NCBI GenBank assembly: GCA_963682135.1
Contig: OY821645.1
Span: forward strand, 1,376,001 to 1,440,000
Length of the DNA: 64,000 nucleotides
Reading direction: 5' to 3'
Source: Methanothrix sp.
GTDB lineage: Archaea > Halobacteriota > Methanosarcinia > Methanotrichales > Methanotrichaceae
Part shown: piece after piece, positions 51,908 to 63,012 of the stretch
Position numbering within the stretch: the first letter of the stretch is position 1
Layout: each line of letters starts with the position of its first letter
Translations under genes and position numbers: made by a program
The notes under the pieces: model-generated
Databases searched by the model: none
What the model was told of the DNA's origin: nothing
What the model saw: the letters and a program-made list of their open reading frames with translations, nothing else

Positions 51908-51932
51908 CTAAAATAATAGCATAATAGCATCT

Positions 51933-52799
51933 GTGGAAAATCTGGCTGAAGCATTATCGGGCCTGAGCAAGGACGACCGCTCCCTGCTCAGTGCTATTGA
52001 AACCGGGATGAAGACTCACGAATGGGTTCCACCCTTTGTTATCTCAGAGCTATCCGGCCTGCCGGTCCGCAAGGTGGAGTTTCGGCTAGGCCAGCTTTTC
52101 GAAAAGAAGCTGGTAGAGCGGGAGAGCATGCATTACCTCGGCTACCGCATAGATTTTGACGCCTATGATCTTCTGGCGCTATCCGATTTTGTGAAACGGG
52201 GGAAATTATCGGCCTTTGGCGAGAGAATTGGAGTCGGCAAAGAGTCGGTGGTCTACGAAGCCCTCGGAGAAATGCACCTGGCAGTCAAATTTCACCGCCA
52301 GGGAAGAACCAGCTTCAAACATATTCGCCGCCTGCGCGATCACCTCACCGATAAACCTAAGGTCCCATGGCTTTATGCCGCCGCTCTGGCCGCTCGCCAC
52401 GAGTTTGCCATCATGGAGAAGCTCTACCCAAAGGTATCCATTCCCAGGCCGGTCGCATGCAGTCGTCATGCTCTGGTCATGGAATTTGTAAGCGGCCCCG
52501 CCCTCAACCATATCACTCTTTCCGATCCCGAGAACGGATTGAACATGATCTTGGGAGAGGTGGCAGCCGCCCGCAGGCTGGGCATTATTCACGCCGACCT
52601 GAGCGAGTTTAACATAATGGTCGATGAATCCGGCCCCAAGATCATCGACTGGCCTCAGGCGGTAGAGGTCACCCACCCCCATGCTCAGGAGCTATTGGAG
52701 AGGGACCTGGTCAACGTCTTGCGCTTCTTCGAGCGAAAATACAGGATAGAAATGCCACTGGATAGAGCGCTCATGATTGTAGCACAGCCGGGAGGCTAA
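51933..52799 (+). CDS. rio2: Rio2-type serine/threonine kinase
   Basis: N-terminal wHTH (HEWVP, YD.LAL); GVGKES.V, HADLSEFNI, IIDWPQ. Confidence 0.9.
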   Translation: MENLAEALSGLSKDDRSLLSAIETGMKTHEWVPPFVISELSGLPVRKVEFRLGQLFEKKLVERESMHYLGYRIDFDAYDLLALSDFVKRGKLSAFGERIGVGKESVVYEALGEMHLAVKFHRQGRTSFKHIRRLRDHLTDKPKVPWLYAAALAARHEFAIMEKLYPKVSIPRPVACSRHALVMEFVSGPALNHITLSDPENGLNMILGEVAAARRLGIIHADLSEFNIMVDESGPKIIDWPQAVEVTHPHAQELLERDLVNVLRFFERKYRIEMPLDRALMIVAQPGG

Positions 52800-52805
52800 G
52801 GGCAG

Positions 52806-54818
52806 TTGAGCATATTCGGTGTGGATATTGCCAGTGGCTCGCCATCCGCTAGACGGATGCCCAGCTACTCTTTGGTGATCCTGGACGAGGGAAACGTGGC
52901 TGGTTTTCACATGATCAGCCGGCATAAGCTCATTCGGCTCATCAGGGAGCGCCAGCCTGAGATCGTGGCCATGGACAATCTGCACGAGCTGGCTGCAGAT
53001 CGAAGGGAGCTGATCGATATCTTGCGCCGGATGCCTCCCACTACAAAAATGGTGCAGGTAACGGGCTCAGAGAGGCCGCAGTCCCTCATCAAGCTGGCCC
53101 GCTATCACGGCATCACCTTCGATCGCACCAACCCCTTGCAAGAGGCGGAGGTCTGCGCTCGGCTGGCGGCCAAAGGTGTGGGCGTTGTTCTCTCTGCCTT
53201 CCAGGAGAGGACATGGATCAAGGTCAGCCGGAGGCGCTCTTTAGGCCGGGGCGGCTGGAGCCAGAACCGCTATACCCGCAAGATCCACGGCGCTGTGATG
53301 GGTCTGGCGCGAGAGGTGGAAAAGCAGCTACGTGAGGCCGGACTGCAGTACACCACGCGGGCCGTGGAGGGCCTGGGCGGATATACTCGGGCCGAGTTTG
53401 TGGTGGAAGCGCCCCGCGAGATGGTGCGCATCAATCCCGGCTACTACAGCGATGCTCAGCTCTTGGTGCAGAGCATGGAGCGGCCCGAGCTGCAGTACCA
53501 ACCGCTCATGCAAAGGCGCGGTTACATCATCGTGGGGCTGGACCCGGGAACGACGACGGGCATCGCCGCGCTGAACCTATCCGGCGAGCTGGTGGACCTG
53601 ACCAGCTCCAGGGGCCTGTCCTCCTCAGATGTGATTGAATGGATCGCTGCGCGGGGCAGATCGCTGCTGGTCGCCACAGATGTATTCCCTACGCCAGGCG
53701 GAGTGGAGAAGGTCAAGCGCGCTTTTAATGCCGTTCTCTACTCTCCGGGTGGAGACATTCCGGCGGAAGAGAAGATCGCTTTGGGAAAGGAATTTAGCTA
53801 CAAGAACGATCACGAACGCGATGCTCTGGCGGCAGCCATCAGCGCATTTAAAAAATATAAAAATAAGTTTTTGCTGGTGGAAAAAAAGTCGCCTCCCGAG
53901 GTCGATCCCGATGAGGTGAAAGCGTTGGTGGTGCGAGGCTACTCCATCGAAAACGCCATCGCCGAATTTGTGCCCTCTTCGGTTACTTCAGTTCAAAAGG
54001 GAGCGCCGCGGGATATGGCGGAGGAAATTCTTGATCATCCCCTCGATGCCTCTCCTGATGTCGCAGCCCTGCGCCAGCATAGCCAGCAGCTTGCCGAGCA
54101 GGTCAGAACGTTACGCTCTTATGTGGATGAGCTTCGCTCCCGTTTAGCGGAAAAAGAGGCAGCTCTCAATATCGCGAATGGCAAACTGGATCGAATGAGG
54201 GACAAGACGGCGCGAGAGATTAAACGGCAGCATGAGATCAAGATCCGGGACAAAGAGATCGAACGCCTCCGGGCGGTTCTGCGTTCGGAGAGAAAATATA
54301 TCAAGAAACTGAAAAAAATATTGGAGCGTCAGAAGAAGGCGGAGGTCATCGAGGAGACACGCGGCCTGCAAAGGCTCAAGCCGCTGGCGGCCTTTACCCG
54401 CGAGTCTATTCAGCAATCTATCGAGCAGCATCGTTTGGGAAAGGGTGATTGGGTCTTTCTGGAAGATGCCAGCGGCGGCGGCAGGAGCACGGTTGAGCTT
54501 CTGCGAGAGCTGGAAATTTCCGGTTTGGTGGCCGGGGGCGATCCCGGTCCTGCCATGCGTGAGCACTTCTTGCAGATGGGCATTCCCATTTTCACCCGCA
54601 TGAATCTGCCTGTGCAGATGGTCAATAACATGCCATTTGTGCGCAAGGAAGATGTAGCTGCCGCCAGCGCTGCCTGGGAGGAGGAGATGAAGGATCGCCA
54701 GGCCAGGCTGCAGGCGGAGCGGCTGGAGAGCCTTTTCCAGGAGTACCGGGTGGAGAGACAGAAAGAGGAGAAGCGAAAGCAAAAGCTTGCCCGAGGCCCC
54801 CCTGGCTCTGAGAATTGA
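52806..54818 (+). CDS. DUF460 RNase H-fold/coiled-coil protein
   Basis: GVDI; GGWSQNRY.R; IVGLDPGTT; NDHERDALAAA; long coiled coil. Confidence 0.88.
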   Translation: MSIFGVDIASGSPSARRMPSYSLVILDEGNVAGFHMISRHKLIRLIRERQPEIVAMDNLHELAADRRELIDILRRMPPTTKMVQVTGSERPQSLIKLARYHGITFDRTNPLQEAEVCARLAAKGVGVVLSAFQERTWIKVSRRRSLGRGGWSQNRYTRKIHGAVMGLAREVEKQLREAGLQYTTRAVEGLGGYTRAEFVVEAPREMVRINPGYYSDAQLLVQSMERPELQYQPLMQRRGYIIVGLDPGTTTGIAALNLSGELVDLTSSRGLSSSDVIEWIAARGRSLLVATDVFPTPGGVEKVKRAFNAVLYSPGGDIPAEEKIALGKEFSYKNDHERDALAAAISAFKKYKNKFLLVEKKSPPEVDPDEVKALVVRGYSIENAIAEFVPSSVTSVQKGAPRDMAEEILDHPLDASPDVAALRQHSQQLAEQVRTLRSYVDELRSRLAEKEAALNIANGKLDRMRDKTAREIKRQHEIKIRDKEIERLRAVLRSERKYIKKLKKILERQKKAEVIEETRGLQRLKPLAAFTRESIQQSIEQHRLGKGDWVFLEDASGGGRSTVELLRELEISGLVAGGDPGPAMREHFLQMGIPIFTRMNLPVQMVNNMPFVRKEDVAAASAAWEEEMKDRQARLQAERLESLFQEYRVERQKEEKRKQKLARGPPGSEN

Positions 54819-54829
54819 GAACGAATCAT

Positions 54830-54891
54830 TTAAGATCTTTTCATACATCTTATGAATCCTGACTTAAGATCTTTTCATACACCTTGTGAAT
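54830..54891. promoter_or_regulatory. Tandem palindromic operator TTCATA-N5-TRTGAA (two copies, 34-bp period) upstream of amt1
   Basis: TTCATAcatctTATGAA 54840-54856 and TTCATAcacctTGTGAA 54874-54890, each within a ~28-bp direct repeat. Confidence 0.65.
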
Positions 54892-54931
54892 TATACATAA
54901 TTCGTCCTAAATATGCTTATTAGATAGGATT

Positions 54932-56233
54932 ATGTCTTACTTATTGGTGGTCATGTTGCTTTCCGTCCGTTCGCTACTATTATTATGTTTACTAATATCA
55001 ACACTGCTGGCCGGCGCAGCTTCGGCTGAAGAATCTGCTATCAATGGCGCTGATAATGCCTGGGTGCTCATCAGTGCTGCTCTCGTCCTGATCATGATTC
55101 CCGGCGTGGGCCTCTTCTACGGAGGCATGGTTAGAAAGAAGAATGCCATTTCAACGATCATCTTCAGCTTTGCCGTTATGGGCATCATAAGCCTGCAGTG
55201 GATCTTGTACGGCTATACCCTGGTCTTCGGAAAAGACATAGGCGGCCTCATCGGTGGCCTGGACTTCCTGGGACTGGCGGGTGTTGGCATGGGCGTGAAA
55301 GAGGGGCTGACTATTCCCTCGCTCACCTTTATGATCTTTCAGGCCATGTTCGCCATCATCACCGTCTCTCTTATCACGGGTTCCTACGTGGAGCGGATCA
55401 AGTTCAGCTCATTTCTCGTCTTCTCCTTAGCCTGGGCTACTCTGGTCTACGATCCTGTGGCTCACTGGGTTTGGGGCGGGGGCTGGCTGCAGCAGATGGG
55501 CGCCCTGGACTTTGCCGGCGGCATAGTGGTGCACATCACGGCAGGCGTCTCTGCCATGGCCGTAGCTATGGTTATCGGTGTGCGTAAGGGCTTTGGCACG
55601 GACCCGATGGAGCCGCATAACATTCCCACCACTGTGATTGGCGCGGCTCTGCTCTGGTTTGGATGGTTTGGTTTTAACGCGGGCTCCGCTCTGGCGGCAA
55701 ACGGCATCGCCGCCAATGCTTTTGTCACCACCAACACCTCCGCCGCGGCTGCAGCCACCACCTGGATGCTCCTCTCCTGGCGGCAGAGAGCGCCTTCTGC
55801 CTTGGGCATGGTGACGGGCGCAGTGGCAGGCCTCGCGGCAATAACGCCCGCCGCAGGCTATGTGACGCCCCTGGCGGCCATTCCCATTGGCATCGTAGCT
55901 GCCATTGTTGGCTACTATGCCATCGTCCTCATCCGAGGAAGCGCCAGGGTGGACGATTCACTGGACGTTTTAGCCTGTCATGGCATTGGCAGCACCTGGG
56001 GGGTACTGGCTACGGGCATCTTTGCCACCATCGGAGCTACGGGTCTGCTCTCCGGAAATTCTCATCAATTAATGGTGCAGGCCGCATCTGTGGCGGTAAC
56101 CTGGGGCTACTCATTTATTGTCACCTATGGCCTGGCCAGGATCATCGATGCGGTCATGGGGTTGCGGGTGCGGGATGATGAAGAATCGGTGGGCCTGGAC
56201 ATCAGCCAGCATGGCGAAGGCGCTTACATGTAA
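54932..56233 (+). CDS. amt: Ammonium transporter (AmtB-like)
   Basis: LFYGG, FQAMFA, DFAGG.VVH, LWFGWFGFN.GS, DD.LD...H. Confidence 0.96.
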   Translation: MSYLLVVMLLSVRSLLLLCLLISTLLAGAASAEESAINGADNAWVLISAALVLIMIPGVGLFYGGMVRKKNAISTIIFSFAVMGIISLQWILYGYTLVFGKDIGGLIGGLDFLGLAGVGMGVKEGLTIPSLTFMIFQAMFAIITVSLITGSYVERIKFSSFLVFSLAWATLVYDPVAHWVWGGGWLQQMGALDFAGGIVVHITAGVSAMAVAMVIGVRKGFGTDPMEPHNIPTTVIGAALLWFGWFGFNAGSALAANGIAANAFVTTNTSAAAAATTWMLLSWRQRAPSALGMVTGAVAGLAAITPAAGYVTPLAAIPIGIVAAIVGYYAIVLIRGSARVDDSLDVLACHGIGSTWGVLATGIFATIGATGLLSGNSHQLMVQAASVAVTWGYSFIVTYGLARIIDAVMGLRVRDDEESVGLDISQHGEGAYM

Positions 56234-56244
56234 AGTGGGGGAAT

Positions 56245-56583
56245 ATGAAGAAGATTGAAGCCATAATTCGGCCTGAAAAGCTGCACCTTTTGCGTGGCAA
56301 GCTGGACAGTAAGGGCTTTTCGGGAATGACTGTGAGCGAGGTCAAGGGCCGGGGCCGGCAGAAGGGTGTCACCTTGCAGTGGCGGGCCGGTGATTACCGG
56401 GTGGAGTTCTTGCCCAAGATGAAGCTGGAGATGGTAGTGGATGACAAGGATGCGGAAGCTGTCATCGACCTCATCTGCGAGCATGCCCAAACGGGCGAAG
56501 CAGGGGACGGCAAGATCTTCATCTATCCGGTGGATGATGTGGTGCGTGTGCGCACGAAGGAGCGGGGGTGCGGGGCGGTATAG
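56245..56583 (+). CDS. glnK: PII nitrogen regulatory protein
   Basis: MKKIEAIIRP, GRGRQKG, LPK, TG..GDGKIF. Confidence 0.95.
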   Translation: MKKIEAIIRPEKLHLLRGKLDSKGFSGMTVSEVKGRGRQKGVTLQWRAGDYRVEFLPKMKLEMVVDDKDAEAVIDLICEHAQTGEAGDGKIFIYPVDDVVRVRTKERGCGAV

Positions 56584-56638
56584 CCGCGCGCCCTCTTTTA
56601 GCGATCTATTTTCCTTAATGCGCCTCCCGCTATTATCC

Positions 56639-56686
56639 TTGTCATTCTCTCATCGGGATTTCGCGTCTTTATGCCTTCGCCTGAAA
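56639..56686 (-). repeat. Solo copy of the conserved core of the 60-63.7 kb repeat
   Basis: Reverse complement TTTCAGGCGAAGGCATAAAGACGCGAAATCCCGATGAGAGAATGACAA aligns without gaps to array core TTTCACGCGAAGGCGCGAAGCCGCGAAGTTCCGATGAGAGATGGACAA. Confidence 0.75.
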
Positions 56687-56985
56687 ACTTTTTGCGTCTG
56701 ACGCGAAGGGCGCGAAGAAGACAACCATTGATCGCCGATCCTCACGTTCTTTCTTCATAGTAATATTTGTACGGAATAGATGATGGAAGGGCGATGTCCA
56801 TCCTTCAGCCAGGATGCTGATGCAGTCCAAGGATGGACGGACCCGGTCTGCGCTGCCCCTGTGGGCAAGGCTCATCGGAGACGAGCGCATTCGTTCTCCC
56901 AGAGGCCGAGCCGAGAGGCATTGCAGAAGATCACACTTCCTCGGGATTACTGTCTTGCCGTAAAAAAGTGACCAGGGTATTCTTC

Positions 56986-57921
56986 TTACCTTGGAAACTC
57001 GGCCCCTTTTGGAGCCTTGAAGCAGGTGCAATCAAAGACGCCAGTCACATCTGAGCCGAATCCGTTGATGCCCTTCTGGTATGTTTCGGGCATGCTCAGA
57101 TATCCGCCGGAGCAGCAGGGCAGCCAATCGTCGTCTTCCTCTATCTCTTCTACCGATGCCGTGAGGTTCATCAGCTTCTCAATGTGGTAGGTTCCCCAGT
57201 AGTCTTCATCCACATCCACCAGCGGCTTCTTCCAGGCTGTGTTTACGATGAACTCATTTTCGTCGTCGTCTTCTTGGGATACGATATCAGGATCTCCCTG
57301 CAATAGCCCGATGTGCGCACGGCCTTCTGTCATATCCTCAGAGATGTTCATCATGCTCACGCTGGGGTCCTCCTCAGAGATGAAGTCCTTGGCCAGGACT
57401 TCCAGTTCCTTGTCCAGGGCATGGGCATATTCCACTTCGTGGTGCATTAGCGTGAAAGATCCGCGATTCTTAAGCCAGGTCTTCTCCTTGAGCAGGGAGT
57501 TGAACTGCAGCGGACTGGCAGCGTAAAATCCCGTACCTATGCTGAGGGCTATTGGACTATATGTCATGGTGTTATCTTCTTTAAGTTGAATGCAGCTTAG
57601 CGCCTCCGTATAGTCCGGTTCATAGTTGTCGCTCTGATCGACTCCATAATTGGTATAATCGGAACTTTCTGTGGACAGCATCGATTCTGTATCGATCGTG
57701 CCGCTGCCGTGGCTGTAGTCCAGAACTTCAACTCCATTGTTGCCCGTTCCGTTGAGTCCCAGGGTATTGGGCATCTTCGCGTACTTGTAGTTCATGAAGT
57801 AGCCCGAGCCGGTCACGCTCTGTTGTATATCCAGAGTGAGGTTGTTCTTAAGGGTATATTCCGCTGATGCAATACTGGTCAAGAAGGCCACTAATAATAG
57901 TATCATCCCTAGCTTCTTCGT
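56986..57921 (-). CDS. Secreted beta-rich hypothetical protein with Cys-rich tail; start probably ACG at 57921 (first ATG at 57906)
   Basis: GGAGG RBS then ACG-KKLGMILLLVAF signal peptide; SVTGSG, HGSG, DEDYWGTYHIEK, WLPCC. Confidence 0.8.
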   Translation of the reverse strand, partial: TKKLGMILLLVAFLTSIASAEYTLKNNLTLDIQQSVTGSGYFMNYKYAKMPNTLGLNGTGNNGVEVLDYSHGSGTIDTESMLSTESSDYTNYGVDQSDNYEPDYTEALSCIQLKEDNTMTYSPIALSIGTGFYAASPLQFNSLLKEKTWLKNRGSFTLMHHEVEYAHALDKELEVLAKDFISEEDPSVSMMNISEDMTEGRAHIGLLQGDPDIVSQEDDDENEFIVNTAWKKPLVDVDEDYWGTYHIEKLMNLTASVEEIEEDDDWLPCCSGGYLSMPETYQKGINGFGSDVTGVFDCTCFKAPKGAEFPR

Positions 57922-58144
57922 ATCTATCCCTCCTGTGAATTGCGCCTGACCTTCACCAGAATTGCCTTCTAAGAAGGTCAAGTAATCTTACTTACTGATC
58001 ACGTATATGATATTATTGGATGAAAAATCATAACGATTACAGTAATTATCACAACAGTTATGAATTAGCATCTAATACATTGAGATAAAAATAAAAATTT
58101 CTGCTCATAGGAAGCTCCGAGGCAGTAAGAAAAATCACGGCAGG

Positions 58145-59934
<1,790 letters not shown>

Positions 59935-60001
59935 GCTCTATCACGTTCCTCGATGGAAGACCAACGAGCTGCAGATGATATAAAAACTTTGTTAAAATAT
60001 T

Positions 60002-60018
60002 TTCATACTTGTTATGAA
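60002..60018. promoter_or_regulatory. Palindromic operator TTCATA-N5-TATGAA upstream of amt2
   Basis: TTCATActtgtTATGAA, ~16 bp upstream of minus-strand TATA-like TTTTATAT (~59978-59985). Confidence 0.65.
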
Positions 60019-60083
60019 GAGCGCATAACTACATCACATTCTAAAAAGTGCCGATTATCTCTCTATAATATGCTGTGTCGCAG

Positions 60084-60475
60084 GATTATTATAACCAAGC
60101 AGCTGCGGCCAACCACAAAGGCACGAAGGCACAAAGGACGCACAAAGAGATTCGCAGCGGCCCTCCAGCTTTGCGATTTTTGCAGATATGTAAGCCAGTC
60201 GAGCCTGATAGCCAGTCGACCTGTACCGGACCGTCCGGGCCTGCTGCTATTTCGTCAGGGTGAGATGGATTACCTAACAAGCGCTCGTATTCAGGGTAGT
60301 AGGCCGTTCGAGCTGAGATCAGGAATTTCATGTGAAGGTGGAAAGCCGCGAAGTTCCGATGAGAGAAGGACAATTTTTCCCAGATCCCTCAGGTCGCGCC
60401 GTTGGAGACGTTTCTCGACAAAGCCATTCGGGACGACTTCTGCCATCCGCCAGGCGGGCCGGGCTGCCTGGCGAG
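60084..60475 (+). repeat. Array repeat copy 1 (subtype X, diverged middle)
   Basis: TTATAACC 60089, AACCACAAAGGCACGAAGG 60111, TTTCTCGACAAAG 60411. Confidence 0.85.
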
Positions 60476-60544
60476 TTTGCAGCTGTTCTTGCTGGGGCCC
60501 GCGGTCTGCGGAGCCGGGTTTGCTGTGATGCGGTCCGAGTGGGC

Positions 60545-61035
60545 AGGTTTTTGGAAATGATGGCAGTCTACGTTTATTATTAACAGATAAATATAACTAA
60601 ACAACTATGGTCAAACCACAAAGCACACAAAGATCACAAAGGACGCACAAAGACGTTTCAAGGACAATTATCGGCAGTATCCGGCTGGCCGATCTTTGCG
60701 TGACTGTGAGCCAGCCGCGCTCGGCACGCTCGACCGTGGGCCGGGCCGTCCGGGCTCGCTTCACTCGTCTCCGGACGGGCGCTCGGGCGGGCTCTCGCAT
60801 GGGCGCGCGGGCCTGCGTGGGCTTGTGGCCTGGGGGGCCGGTCGGGCCGAGATCACGGATTTCACGCGAAGGCGCGAAGCCGCGAAGTTCCGATGAGAGA
60901 TGGACAATTTTTCCCAGAGCCCCCGGGCCGCGCCGTTGGAGACGTTTCTCGACAAAGGCCATTCGGGGCGACTGCCGTCGTCTGCCAGGCGGGCCAAGCT
61001 GCCGGGCAAGCGCTCGTGCCAGGTGGGCCAGGAGG
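60545..61035 (+). repeat. Array repeat copy 2 (subtype Y)
   Basis: TTTTGGAAATGATGG leader, ATATAACT 60591, AACCACAAAG 60614, TTTCTCGACAAAG 60945. Confidence 0.9.
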
Positions 61036-61068
61036 AAGGATGGCGGAAAGCATGCTGAGGCATGAGCC

Positions 61069-61545
61069 TCAATCTAACTTGCCCTTAAGCGTATTGAGAT
61101 CATTACCTCTTATCAAAATTGAGTTGACATCGACCTCTTTGGCATGTTGATGCATTCCGGAGTCATCTGTGAATAATATGGCATCTTCTCTCTTGGCCAA
61201 AGCTATAAAATACGAGTCAAACCCGGAACAACCGGTCTCTAATGCCACATCCCACGCGACATTGAAAATAGCCTCTTCATCTGCTACGTTATATGATTTT
61301 AGGATTCCTTTTGATGCTCTTGCGGCCAGAGTTCTGCCAGCGAGCCGCTTGGCTACCGCAGCGGTTTCCACTACACAGACCTTAGGAACATGAACTTCTA
61401 CATCTCGCTCTTCTATAAGCTTGATGAGAGCTTTGCATTTTTCGTGGGTTTCCTGCTCTCTGGAATAGGCCTCTTGGGAGAGTGACCGGAGTGGTTTGAA
61501 GATGCTCTTAACTATAACGGATGTATCTAAAACGGCCCTAATCAT
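61069..61545 (-). CDS. vapC: VapC-family PIN-domain toxin
   Basis: VLDTSV, VVETAAV, GFDSYFIA and TDD acidic residues; overlaps antitoxin gene by 8 bp. Confidence 0.9.
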   Translation of the reverse strand: MIRAVLDTSVIVKSIFKPLRSLSQEAYSREQETHEKCKALIKLIEERDVEVHVPKVCVVETAAVAKRLAGRTLAARASKGILKSYNVADEEAIFNVAWDVALETGCSGFDSYFIALAKREDAILFTDDSGMHQHAKEVDVNSILIRGNDLNTLKGKLD

Positions 61546-61732
61546 AGTATATTCTTGTCCGCGTCTCTTTCAGGACTGCGTCAATATCTTCCCTGGCTTC
61601 AGGCTCGCCCAGATCGTCCAGAAGATCGCTGAAGCTCTCATGAATGGTGATGCTCACCCGAGAATTATTGGGGAGATTCAGGCCCCCGAGAGGCTTGAGC
61701 ACATTATTTTCATAAATAGCTTTTATTTTCAT
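61538..61732 (-). CDS. vapB: AF2212/DUF104-like antitoxin
   Basis: IKAIYENNVLKPL..L.LP....V.ITI; directly upstream of vapC. Confidence 0.85.
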   Translation of the reverse strand: MKIKAIYENNVLKPLGGLNLPNNSRVSITIHESFSDLLDDLGEPEAREDIDAVLKETRTRIYYD

Positions 61733-61841
61733 ATCGGCACCTGATATTTAGGCGAAATGTAAACTGATATATGGACATGATCAATATTTAGAGCTGCCGA
61801 TGATGTCTTTTTTTCTTCATAACTCGGAAATTTGCTGCTAC

Positions 61842-62340
61842 GTGGGACCGGGAGGCCGGTCGGGCCAGGTGTGCCAGCTTCTGGCAAGGGAGGTTTCCGG
61901 GCGCCGGATTTTGAGAAACGATGTCAGTTTTTAATACTATTAGCTGATAATTATAACCTGGCAACCACGGCCAACCACAAAGGCACGAAGGCACAAAGGA
62001 TGCAAAAAGAGATGCGCGGCGGCCCTCCAGCTTTGCGATCCTTGCGGGCCACCGCCTGTGGGCCGGGCCGTCCGGGCTCGCGTCGCTCGTCTGCGGACGG
62101 GCGCTCGGGCGGGCTCCCGCATGGGCGTGCGTGCCTGCGTGGGCTTGCTGCCTGGGGGCTGGTCGGGCTGAAATCACGGAATTCACGCGAAGGCGCGAAG
62201 ATTCGATGAGAGATGGACAATTTTTCGCCATGGCCCTCGGGCCGCGCCGATGGAGTCGTTTCTCGACAAAGGCCCATCCGGGGCGACAGCCGTCGTCCGC
62301 CAGGCGGGCCAGGCTGCCAGGCAAGCGCTCGTGTCAGGAG
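61842..62340 (+). repeat. Array repeat copy 3 (subtype X)
   Basis: CCAGCTTCTGG leader, TTATAACC 61951, AACCACAAAGG 61973, TTTCTCGACAAAG 62259. Confidence 0.9.
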
Positions 62341-62345
62341 ACTTG

Positions 62346-62510
62346 GAGGCCGGTCGGGCCCGATGGCCAGGTGTGCCAGCTTCTGGTAAAGGGAGTTTTC
62401 CGGGCGCAGGATTTTGGGGGCAGCCTCATTTCACCATTATTATTAGATAATAATTATAACCGAGCAGCTACGGCCAACCACAAAGGCACTAAGGCACAAA
62501 GGACGCACAC
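62346..62510 (+). repeat. Array repeat copy 4 (subtype X, 3'-truncated before hicA)
   Basis: CCAGCTTCTGG leader, TTATAACC 62454, AACCACAAAGGCACTAAGG 62476. Confidence 0.85.
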
Positions 62511-62540
62511 GATGATATATGTTACTAACAAAAATTATGG

Positions 62541-62762
62541 CTAATCATCCGAGAGCCACTCTTCACGAGAGATTCTTCCTTCTCGAAGAATCTCTGAGAT
62601 GAGATTTGCGCCGATCTCTCGTTTATGGTAGTTCGGTATGCGCACGAAGTTGTCTCCGCGGACCATGTAATCGTGATCCGAACCTGGAAATGGTCCTTCG
62701 AACCCTATTTTTTTCAATCGCCTAATGAGCTTGGCTCTTGAAACCGGTCCTAGTTTACTCAA
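62541..62762 (-). CDS. hicA: HicA-family toxin
   Basis: LIRRLKKIGF....GSDH..M......V.IP.H..EI...L...IL.E. Confidence 0.88.
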   Translation of the reverse strand: MSKLGPVSRAKLIRRLKKIGFEGPFPGSDHDYMVRGDNFVRIPNYHKREIGANLISEILREGRISREEWLSDD

Positions 62763-63012
62763 TTGCAGTCACCGGTTCTATTGATGCGGTTATCACATGC
62801 CCGCCTATTGGTGGAATGGACCGTCCCATGCGGAGCCTGAGTGCTATCCAGCCTTCGATAACCGAGATGAGCTCTTTGCGCGTCTCCTCGATAGTCTTGC
62901 CTGTGGCCCAAGCGCCCTGAAGCTCGGGTACTGAGGCGAAGATTGGTTCCTCATCATCGATAATCTTGTAAACAGCCAGTTCTAGAGCAGCCTCGATATA
63001 TTCAGAGAACAT
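62755..63012 (-). CDS. hicB: Short HicB-family antitoxin
   Basis: A.VPELQG..ATG.TIEE....L...IE.W.......G..IP; no C-terminal DNA-binding domain. Confidence 0.88.
   Translation of the reverse strand: MFSEYIEAALELAVYKIIDDEEPIFASVPELQGAWATGKTIEETRKELISVIEGWIALRLRMGRSIPPIGGHVITASIEPVTAIE

Noticed and set aside
59946-59958. TTCC-N5-GGAA as an NrpR operator
   Set aside because: Half-site order and spacing differ from GGAA-N6-TTCC, and it is not seen at amt1.
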